DNA from: Lama glama
Taxonomy: Eukaryota
NCBI GenBank assembly: GCA_028534125.1
Contig: CM052817.1
Span: 73,286,001 to 73,350,000, forward strand
Reading direction: 5' to 3'
DNA length: 64,000 nucleotides
Each line of letters starts with the position of its first letter. The first letter of the stretch is position 1. The position numbers were made by a program, and so were the translations under genes. The notes under the pieces are model-generated. The model did no database searches, had not been told where the DNA came from, and worked only from the letters and a program-made list of their open reading frames with translations. Of this stretch, positions 39,329-49,950 are shown piece after piece.

Positions 39329-39915
39329 TATAAATAACACTGGGGAAATCTGAATATAATTGGTAAATTGTACCAAAGTCAATCTCCTGGTTGTGATATA
39401 ATTAAACTATAACTTAGTAAAATGTTACCATGGGGGGCACCTGGGCAATGTGTACAAGGGGTCTTGCTGTATTATTTCTTAACAACTGCAAGTGAATCTA
39501 TAATTATCTCAGTAAAAACTACAATTTAATAAAAAGTAATGTCAAGAAATCCATAGTTTGATTATACCAATATAGGCTCATCTCTTATATATATTATTAT
39601 ATATTTGTTATATAAGTTGTTTGTAGGCATCAAGTATTATAGGAAAATTAAAAAAATAAACAAAGTAGATGAATATGTACTTATATGGAAACATGCTATA
39701 CTGCAAAGTGAAAAAAAAGTAGGGTGCATAACACAATCCCCGTATTATATCTTTGCAGAGATGTGTGATAAGAGCTGTGGAAGGATAAGTAAGAAACAGT
39801 TTATGGAACTTTACTGCTAGGACTAGAATAATGGGGAACAGAGGACTCTTGTTTGTCACTTTATGTAATTCTGCAGTGTTTGTACGTTTACCATGAGCAG
39901 GTATTACCTTTATGA
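38976..39915 (+). mobile_element. Old L1M 3' fragments
   Basis: gcaataaaaaggaatgaacc...tgtgattccatttatataacatt...aactgcaagtgaatctataattatctc. Confidence 0.75.
39284..39325. repeat. (AC)21 microsatellite
   Basis: Perfect dinucleotide run. Confidence 0.97.
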
Positions 39916-41325
39916 TTAGTATTTTACCAAAAAGATTATAGCTCAATAATTCTTTAAAGTCTTCATAAGAATTTGTGAAATACTGAGCTATACTTGTCAA
40001 TATGAGAGTCAAAAACACCTGGAATAACTTTAAGAAATATGGTATCAATATGTTGTCAACTGAAAACCAATGTGTTCTTCAAAACTTGCCTCTCTACACT
40101 CCCTATCATTTTGAAGAAGCCAAACATGACTTGACAATGAGAAAAATAATCCTTTCTTAAAGAATTCCTATGTAAAAAAAGTCCATTTCTAGTGTTTTTT
40201 TCTATTTCTGGTAACTTCTTCAAATCATCAACAATCATCATTTATTTCATGCCTACTGTTTGTAGAACATGTGCTCAGTTCTGAGAATAAAAGCAAACAT
40301 ATGACATAGCCTCTGACTTCAAGATGTTAATGACATAGCTCTGGGTAATAGAGTATATACATAAAATTTAGACAACTGTTCAATAAATGTTGTATGTATT
40401 ATGTATGTAAGAATTACAAGGTTGCTACAGACAGTAACCGCTAATAAATGATCAGAGGATGAGGTAGTTACAGAAGACTAGGGAAATCCAGTAATACTTT
40501 TGCTAGAAGGCTGAAATAAATGTGGGGATTTATTTATGAGTAGACCAGTTCAGCTTTAAAAAGGTTTATATAGAGAAAAGATAGGAAAGAAAATTGGAGA
40601 GAAGCAGAGCAGTCCTGATGTGTAGTCTTCAATGTCAGCTTCCAAACATTCAGTCTAAATTTAATATGAAATAGAACTTGGAGCAAGATCTCTGTAAGCT
40701 AGAATATCTGAATTTCAGTCTACTGATGTGTTTTGTGCTGCTGAAACTCCTGTCCTTTTAGTTGATTAGTTTTAAGATTGTTTTGGACCTTATGTATATT
40801 GGTTTAATATGTTTATTAGGGAATAGGTCCAATTCTCTTTAGAGACTTATGACCCTTCTCAATTTTGTCTGGAAGCTGGAGAGAGACTTTTTAAGCCTTT
40901 GTTAGGGTATAGTCTGGAAAGCAAGGTCTAGGGCTTTAGACTACAAATCCTACCCAAAATACCAATTATATTGTATTAAAACTATCTTCTCTTAGGAATA
41001 GGATGGGTCCTTAACTTCTTTTCCAGTTCTATATGGAGGTGGAGGAGGAGAAAATGCCTATAAGCTAATTACAAACACTGGCCAGGTGGTGTACTGGGAG
41101 TAATACTCAACATTCGTATGCCCCTTATCGTTTGCAGTGTGCTGTCACATATATCTGATCCTCTGGAATGCAGCCCTTGATAAACATCAGAAGGCCTAGA
41201 GCAATGGCACATTACTGACAGACCTATCACTTCCTAGGAAGTTGATCTGGTGTCTTACACGATCTAGCCAGATTACACACTGAAGCTTTTATTTCATGGT
41301 GTTCAGGGTCTTCAAGCCTCAGAGT

Positions 41326-41406
41326 AAGAAAAGAAAAGAAAAAAAAGAAAAGAAGAGGAGAGAAAAGAAAAGAAAAGAAAAAAAGAAAAGAAAAAGAAAA
41401 GAAAAG
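41326..41406. repeat. (GAAAA)n purine tract
   Basis: About 80 nt of A/G only. Confidence 0.95.
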
Positions 41407-41948
41407 CTTTTTAGTTGGAGTCGTGAGACACGTAGGAGAGAGGGTAGATAAAGGAACTTTGTGAGTGGTGGATATGTTCATTATCATGACTGTGGTGATG
41501 GTTCATGGGTGTATTCATATGTCTAAAAGCCATCAAATTGTATAATCCAGATGTACACCATTTACTGTGTGTCAATTATGCCTCAGTAAAACTTTAAAAA
41601 TGCTTTTAAAGGCATGCTTACCACAGAGTTATATTTATATGATGTTCAACAACAGGCAGAACTAATCTGTGGTAGTAACCAAAAAAAAAAAATCAGAAAA
41701 CACCTGTGAGTTTTAATAAAGCACCGTAATAGTACAAGTCAGCAGGAAGTGATTAACAGGGGCTCTGAAAGCAGTGCTCACTGACCACGTGACTTGGGTC
41801 ATCGAACTAATCTTCTCTGGGTCTCATTTTTCTTATCTATAACATAGTGAAATACTGTCCTGCCACTCCACATAGTAGTTGGGTAGATCAAATGCGTGAT
41901 AAGTATAAAAGCCTGCAAATAAGAGCGTAATTCTAAATGACAGCTTCA

Positions 41949-42080
41949 TGGGGGTGGCTGTAGCTCCATGGTAGAGTGCATGCTTAGTATACACAAGATC
42001 CTGGGTTCAAGCCCCAGGACCTCCATTTAAATAAATAACCTAATTACTGCCCCCCCAAACTAACCAACCAAACAAAAAAA
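41949..42080 (+). mobile_element. tRNA-derived SINE
   Basis: Family consensus. Confidence 0.88.
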
Positions 42081-42574
42081 TAAATGGGAACTTCAGATTA
42101 AAGAAAAAATAAAACCTAATATTGTTTCTCACTTACTTAGTTCCCAGATTCAATAAGTGTTTTATAACCCACTCAGACCCCCTACTCCAAACAGACACAC
42201 AGGCACACACACAAAACAACCTCTGAGGTTTAGAGAAGTTACTTGCCTACTGTCACAGATTATAGAAGACAGAATCCAAACTCAAAGCCAGGTTTGTCAC
42301 ACCAAAATACATACCTTTACTTTTGGAGCTGCACAAATATTTCTGTGTTCTGGCAATGATGGTAATGAGTCTCTGCTATGAAATAGAAATCAGGAGTTAA
42401 TTGGAGACATTGGAGGGTTTGGGAGGGGCCTGTATTTTTTAAAGCTTGATTGAAATGCTAATTAATGCATATTTAAAATATATAATTAACATATATAATA
42501 AGATGTATATAATACTATTTGAGGAGTTTTGTGAATCTAATAAAATATAAGATCATAAACTTATTTATAAATTT

Positions 42575-42741
42575 TGGGAGGAGAGTATAGCTCAAGTGGT
42601 AGAGTGCCTGCTTAGCATGCTTAGCATGGGAGATCCTGGGTTCAATTCCCAGTACCTACTCTAAAAATAAAAACACCTAATTACACCCCCCCAAATAAAA
42701 TAATTAAACAATACAATAATAAACACATTAAATTAAAAAAG
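42575..42741 (+). mobile_element. tRNA-derived SINE
   Basis: Family consensus with internal gcttagcat duplication. Confidence 0.88.
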
Positions 42742-42858
42742 TAAATTTTTATTACTGTTTAAGAAGTTATAATCTCTTAGAGGAAACAAAGCATCCATCA
42801 TTGTGAAGTGTTGGACTGTTTTCTGAGAACTGTAAGTTAAGAATTATGTGGTTATGGC

Positions 42859-43000
42859 AGGGGAGGGTATAGCTGAATGGTAAAGTGTGCACCTAGCATG
42901 CATAAGGTCCTGGGTTCAATCCTCAGTACCTCTCAAAATAAATAAATACCTAATTAACTCCCCTAAAACAAAAAACAACAAAATGAAACAAACAAAAAAA
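42859..43000 (+). mobile_element. tRNA-derived SINE
   Basis: TSD aagaatta(t/c)gtggttatg. Confidence 0.9.
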
Positions 43001-43784
43001 AAGAATTACGTGGTTATGTTTCCTTGCTTCGTATTTGATACAATGGTGTCTCCAAATTATTTATACAAAAATACACTAACCTACATACACATGCATACAC
43101 ACACTGTCACACACACAAAGTTTGGTTGAACATCAATGCAATCAGCTATCTCTAGTTATAGATTATGATTCAATATTGTTTCAAGTTGTGCTTTAAATCA
43201 CAAGCTTTACTGAGTACTTATTAAATGTGAAGAACTATGCTAGGCACTGGGAATTCAGAAAGAAAAAAAAAACAGAGTCTTAACCCTTGGGAGCTCATAA
43301 TCTGGTTGGGGAGATAATTGTGTAGACAGACAAATTACAGATGTACAAATATTAAAATAGAACTAGGAAAAATTGCTTTTGGGACACAGAACAAAACCCG
43401 TCTGTTTAAGGGAGTCAGGAAGGCTTTTTCTTTATCTAGGTCTTGCAAGGCACACAGACGTTAGTCAGGTGAAAAAGAGAGGTGAGGGCATTCTGGGTGG
43501 ATGGATCCCAGCATGTGTGAGGCCACAGTCATAGGCAAGGCTGGCTTTCAAGGAGCAGGGAGTGGCAGGAACAGAGCATGAATGAGGAAGAGCAGGAATT
43601 CAAAAGACCAGTTGTGGAAAGATTGGCAAGGGCAGGCACTAGAAAAAAAAAACAAAAACAAAAAACCCAACCAACTAGTAACTTGAAACAATTTTATTAT
43701 GACAACTATACCCAAAACATTTGCCTAAAGTATTATGTGAATGGTTGAATAGCATTCCATTATAGATCCCAATATGTGGAAGTG

Positions 43785-44099
43785 TTTTTTTTAAGGTTTT
43801 TTTTGTTTCGTTTCGTTTTTGTTTTTTGGTGTGGGGAGGTAATTAAGTTTATTTATTTAATTAATTTTTTTTCCCTTTGGCGGGGGGAAGTAATTAGTTT
43901 TGTTTGTTTGTTTGTTTATTAATGGAGGTACTGGGCACTGAATCCAGGACCTTGTACATGCTAAGCAGGTATACACAGCTTCTGAGCTACACCCTCTCCC
44001 CTATTTAAATACTTTTTTAATGGAGGTACTGGAGATTGAACCCAGGACCTCCTATGCATGCTAAGCATGTACTCTACCACTTGATTTATACCCTCCCCG
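43785..44099 (-). mobile_element. Nested pair of tRNA-derived SINEs (inner copy about 43864-44000)
   Basis: Two heads and two tails in nested order; inner TSD tatttaa(t/a)ta. Confidence 0.85.
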
Positions 44100-45774
44100 C
44101 AGGAAGTTCTATAATGTATGCACTCAATTTTAACTTAAGAATAGTTAGGTGATTTCCAGGCTGTTGTGGTTTATTTGTTTATGTTTTTACTATTATAAAG
44201 AGTGCTTCAGTTAAACAAAAAAAAAATCTTTGCTCTTGCTCCTTATTTTCAAAGTCAAAAGTTATGTGCATTTTTAAGGTTTTTTTGCACAGAGTGATAA
44301 AATACCTTTGAAAGAGTATTTACCAATTTATACCTCTGTCAGCAATGCCTAGGTATACTTTCTGAAGCTCTGGAGAATTTTCATTGCTTGAAATCTCTTC
44401 TCTAACCGTTTATAAGTGAAAGTAGTATTTTTTCATTTGAATTTGTATTTCTTTGATATCTAATGAGTCTAATTTTTTTTTTGAATCTGATCATTGGAAA
44501 TTACTGTTCTTTTCTGAGTTTTCCTGAAACCCCTGCTCTCTTTTGATAAGGTACTTGTCTTTTCCTCATATTATGGGTATTAACTCCATCTATAAAAATT
44601 ATGTAAATATTTTTTCATGGGATCATTTAACTTTTAATTTTTTTCTCTTCATTCACACAAAAATATACACACATTTATGTGTATTATACATTTTCATACC
44701 CAAATTATAAGAGTGAGATTTGACAGAAAGAAGTTTCATAATTTTGTGAGAAAAAAATCTATCAGTCTTTTTCTTTTTTATTATTTTATAGCTATCATTC
44801 TTAAAAACATCTTCCTCAACACAAAAAGTATCTTAATATCAAGAAGGGCTTTTACTTCAAAGCAAAGGGACGTTTAAGGGATTTTTATCCTGAGGGCAAT
44901 CGAAAGCCATCAGGGCTTTTGAAATGAGAGCATTCTTTTTTTTTTTTTTTTAAAGGAAGATAACTCTGGCTGAATTATGCAAGATGTTCCAGGATAGAAA
45001 AAGTTCTACAGGGTCATTATTAAGAAACTACAATTCACTAAGGGCAGCTGAAAGCCTGGACTAAAGCCATGAATATGGGGAAAAAGAAGCAAGTCAAATT
45101 ACCATTTAAAATTCATGGGGTTTGGTGAGAGATTCTAGAGTGTGAGAGATGTAGAGAGGTCTAGAATGACAGTAGTTTCTAGTTTGAGCCACTCAGCTGA
45201 TGGTGAGAATCTTCATCCAAGTTAGGAATGAAGAGGATAGAGGAGACTTTGAATATTTGTATATATGGATGCACAGATGGGGTGGATAAAGAAAAAGAGA
45301 TGTGTTGTAATTTAACTATCTCATATTATAGGGACTGAACAATGCCTTTACTTAACCCACTGGAGTGAACTCTTTCCTGGAACGCTCTTCACTGTTGCAG
45401 CAAGTGACAAGTACTACCAGGATTTATGATAGTAAAGAAGGAAATATTTTCCCACATACAAGATTACATTATAAATCTATCCATACCTATCAATGTCAAT
45501 ATCTACCTCTTTTTATGTACCTAGTACTTACCTATCTGCCTACTTAAAACCTTAACGTTATTTTTGACATGTTCCTTTTTTTTTTTTTTTTGGTCAATTT
45601 GAATTAAGTACCCCAGGCCAGTAGAGATTAAAGACCCTGATTCAGGGCCAATCATAATACAGAAGAGCAGGAAGTCAGAGCCGAAATCCTGTCACTTGTG
45701 TCACTAAATTTCCTCTGATTCTCTAAAATTGTTTCTTTTTTAACTACCTCTATTCTCAGCATCCTATTTTTCTC

Positions 45775-46000
45775 TTTTTAAAAATTATAGTTGATTTACA
45801 ATATTGTGTTAGTTTCAGGTGTCAGCAAAGTGATTCGGTTTTTTTTAATATATATTTTTTCAGGTTATTTTCCATTACAGGGTGTTATAAGATATTGAGT
45901 ACAGTTCCTGTGCTACACAGTAAATCCCTGTTGCTTATCTATCCTATTTATAGTAATATGTATCTGTTAATCCCATACTCCTAAATTTATCTCCCCCCAA
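45775..46000 (-). mobile_element. L1 3' fragment
   Basis: tatagttgatttacaatattgtgttagtttcaggtgt. Confidence 0.8.
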
Positions 46001-46499
46001 CTCAGTCTCCTATTTTTTAGGTAGCTATCATTACATAAAAAAATAGTAGTAACCACATAATTGAGAGTTTATGTTATGTGTTTGTAATGTTTATGTAGAT
46101 TACCTCATTTAATAGTCATAATAACTCTATAAAGTAAGTACTATTATTATTTCCATTTCACAGATAAGGAAACTAAGGTATAGAAATGTTAATTAACTGG
46201 GATTTCAAAGAAGTAACTGACTTAAATTCACCATCTTAACCAGCATACTATCCTGCCACCATAAAAAGTGTCACGTTGGATGACTTGCAATGCTTACAAA
46301 GGGAAAAAAAACCAGTTTTTATAATGTAGTTTCATATAAAGTTGTTCACGTTTGACCATGAGTGTAATTCTTATCCACACATTTGAGAAATAATGGTACA
46401 GTGTTTGCGTTATAGTATAGACTTTGGGCTTTAAGATTTGAATGAGTTCAAATCATGGCTCTGCAGACTTTTAAATAAACTTGACAAAAATATTTAATT

Positions 46500-48400
46500 T
46501 ATCCACCAGATATTTATTGAACATCAATGTGTCAGGCACTGTTCAAGGTGCCGGAGGGTCTATGGGTTTAAAACAGTGAACAAAACCAGTTCCCTGTCCT
46601 CATGGAACTTACCTTCCAGTGACAAATGTCAACAAACAAGTAAATGTACAAACTCTGTCAGACAGCAGTAAGTGTATAGGAGGGATGTACTACTGCAAGG
46701 TAAGAGGAATGAGAAGGGTGGAGTGTTATTACCTTGTGGAATATATTTGTTTTCTAGGGGGTCCTATAACAAAGCACCAGAAACTGGGTGGCTTAAATAA
46801 TAGAAACCGATTGTCTCACAGCTGTGGAGGCTAGAAGTCTGAGATCAGTTTCGACAGGGTTGGTTCCTTCTGAGGGCAGGGAGGGGGCATCTGTTCTGTG
46901 CCACTTTCCTAGATTCTGGTAGTATACTGGCAAACTTGGTCATTCCTTGGTTATAGAGGCATCATTCCAATTTCTGCCTTAATGTTCATATGGCATTCTC
47001 CCTATGTGTGTGTCTATGTTCAAATACACCCTACTCCAGTATGACCTCATCTTTACTGATTACATCTTCAACAACCCTTCCAAATAAGGTCACATTCTGA
47101 GGTACTGGGGATTAGGATTTCAACATACGCACTTTGGGAGACACAATTTACCCCATAGCATAGGATAATCAGGGAGACCTCACTGATAAGGGGATATTGG
47201 CACAGGGGCCTGAAGGAAGTAAGAGAATGATCCCTGCAGATATCTGGGGGAAGAGTGGTCCAGGTGCAAAGGACCTGAGACCAGAATAGGCCTAGAATGC
47301 TCAAGATTTAGAAACAAGACCAGTGTGGCCATGGGGAGAGAGTGAGAAGATGGCTGGACATAAGGTTAGAGGGGTGGTGGGCAGAAGTGGAGGATGGATT
47401 ACATAGATCTTATCTTAGAGCAAAAGATGGAAAGACATTGTTCTTACTTCTGTTCTTGCCCTGAGTGAGATGCAGAGATATGAGAGGGCTTTGAGCACTG
47501 CTAGGTGCTCTGTTGCAGGCCACCTGTGAGGAACGGGGGTAGAAAAATGCAGGCTGGCTAGAGATTTTTGCTCTCAGGCGGGTGAAAGATAATGGTGGCC
47601 TGGACTAGAGGGACTGTAGTGAAGATACAAAAGTGGTTGGATTCTGAATTTAGGTAGCAGCAACAGTAATTGCTGTTAGAGCAAATGTGAATCGTGAGAG
47701 CAAGTGAGGAATTAAGAATATCTCTGAGGTTTTTGTCCTAAGCATCTGGAAAATGGGAAAAGCCATATCAGAGCGATTAATCTGGCAGGGGAAGGTAACC
47801 AGAAGCTCAGTTTTGCACATGGTAATTTTGAAACTCCTAGATATCAGATAGAGGTGAAGGCAGTTGGCAATAGGAGTTTGAACTTGATGGAGAAGATTGG
47901 GGATGGAGACAGACATTTGGAAATACAGTATGTATCTGAATATAGATTCTATTTAAAGCCATGGAACTGTATGAGATAAACAATGGAGTGAGTACAAATA
48001 GAGATGAAAAGGAGGACCAGAACTACTCTTTGACATTTCAAAGTTTAGAGGTCTGGGAGATGAGGAAGAACCAGTAAAGAGGCTGAGGAGAAGCAACCAG
48101 TGAGATAAGAAAATGATCAAAAAAGAATGGTGTCCAGAAGTCGAGGGAAGACATGTTCAAGAAGGAAGGAATGATTGGAAAAAAAATATTTAGAGGTCAG
48201 GCCAAATGAGGACTGAGAATTGATCATTAGATGTAGTAACACAAGGGTCACTGGGAACCTTGTCAGGAGAAAGTTTGGTGGAGGAGGTGAAGGAAATTCT
48301 GAATGAAGTGGCTTCAACAGAAAACATGAAGAGAAGAACTGGAGATATTAAAACTTTGTAGAAGATCTTGATGAAAAGCAGTGTAAACACTATAACACTA
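46500..48400 (-). mobile_element. Long L2 fragment interrupted by an MLT1 LTR
   Basis: atatttattgaacatcaatgtgtcaggcactg...atttaaagccatggaactg...gaggactgagaattgatcattagatgtagtaac. Confidence 0.85.
46740..47160 (-). mobile_element. MLT1B/C-type solo LTR
   Basis: actgggtggcttaaa...ggaggctagaagtctgagatc...ccaaataaggtcacattctgaggtactgggg. Confidence 0.85.
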
Positions 48401-49179
48401 GCTGCGGGACGGGGAAGGAGGCTGAGAAGGGAGTCTGTGGTAAAGGAAAACATTTTTTAAAGGTGGTTCTATGTTTGCATGGAGAGCAATAAGAAAGGAA
48501 AAGCATTCATGAGAGGGAACTAATCTCTTGAGGGTCATCTTCTTATCTTTAAAAAGCCATAATAATTCCCACCTCAGCGAAGCAGCTGAGCCAAAGAAAG
48601 GAGATAATTATCTGGTCCTGGAAAGTGTTTTGCACTCAGTCAATAACTCCAACGACATGACATCCCTGAGACACAGTGATGCACACAAGGCTGCCGCAAG
48701 GCTGCCGTCCCCCCACCCCTACCCCGTGCGGGGACTCACCGCTCCTCCCACAAGGCCTGGCACAGTTTGAGGTCTGCTAAATCCGGTCCTGGCCCAGAAG
48801 ACAAGCTCTCTGCCTTAGTGAGGATGGGGCCATCACTAACCTGGACAGTAGCTGGAAGATGCTTTCTCATAGTGAAGAAGGTGGGAAGGGAGAAGCTGGA
48901 TCTTGGGGAAGGCAAAAACGCCCAAACCATAGAAGACACGGCGCTTAAGTCACTTGATTCACCAGCTCACATCTGACATGGGTCGAAGTGTCAGTGGCAT
49001 TTCACACCGTGTTCACTCCATCAATTTATTCCTACTTATCAAGAGCGAGTGGTTGGCAGAACAAAGAATGTGTGTCTGTGGAGGCCAGCAGTGGGTGGGT
49101 GCCTGTCACAGCGCGAAAGGGGAGAATGCGTATGAATAGGAAATGTGTGCACGGTATGAATGGAAAGAGCCGAGTGAGT

Positions 49180-49950
49180 GTGGCGTTGGGCAGGGAGGAG
49201 CTGGACGTGCCACAGCGGCCGCGGGCCTCCTGAGGGAACGAGCGTCTGCCTGTGATGCGGGAGCGCCCGCCGAGGAGCCTCCTTATCCCCACCCACCTCC
49301 CTAACTCCGGCAGTCAGTGGTGCATATAGACATATTTCTGGGAGCTGTCCATGAGCTCATCGCTCTCCCGGCGATAGCGGCAGCAGCGAGGGAAGCAGCC
49401 TCATTTCTCCGGGAGCCTCTAGAATAAGCCCCGCCGCTCGCACATTCAGACACACGCGCGACGCGCGGCGCTCGGAAGGAGCAGCCGCCAGCCCGGCCCC
49501 GCGGCCAAGGTCGCGCCCGACCCCGGCCAGCCATGGCCCCGAATCTCCCCTCCGGGAGGTAGGTGGGCGCAGGCAGGGGCGACGGGCTCCGGCCAGGACT
49601 CCCGGCGGGCGAGCCAAGGGGGCAGCCGCCCCTCGCGCTGGGCGGGGCCGCGGGCGCGGCGGCTGAGGAGACTCCCGGCCCATCTCGGGCCGCGGGCCGC
49701 AGGCCCGGCGCTGAGGAGTCGCAGGGGACGCGGGAGACCCGGGCGTGACAGGAGGAAGAAACCCGAGCACCAGGAAGATGGCTTCTCCCACCTCCCCGGC
49801 CCCGGAAGGCGGGGCCTCCACCCCGCCGAACCCGCCGCGGATTCGTCAGGTGGGTGCACAAAGTGCGGGGAGGGGCGCCCGCACCCCATTGTCCTCGCCT
49901 CCCTGGGGACCGGGACCTCGTCCCAAGGCAAAGGCTGACTGAGGAGCGGG
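49180..49950 (+). promoter_or_regulatory. CpG island, distal ANK2 promoter
   Basis: Only GC- and CpG-dense block in the window; GC boxes (gggcggggc); contains the ANK2 first coding exon. Confidence 0.9.
49778..49849 (+). CDS. ANK2: Ankyrin-2 distal alternative first coding exon (gene continues beyond the window)
   Basis: aagATGG Kozak, MASPTSPAPEGGASTPPNPPRIRQ, phase-0 donor CAG|gtgggt; matches the recalled mouse ankyrin-B N-terminus MASPTSPGPEGGACTPQNPPRIRQ and LARP7-ANK2 synteny. Confidence 0.9.
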
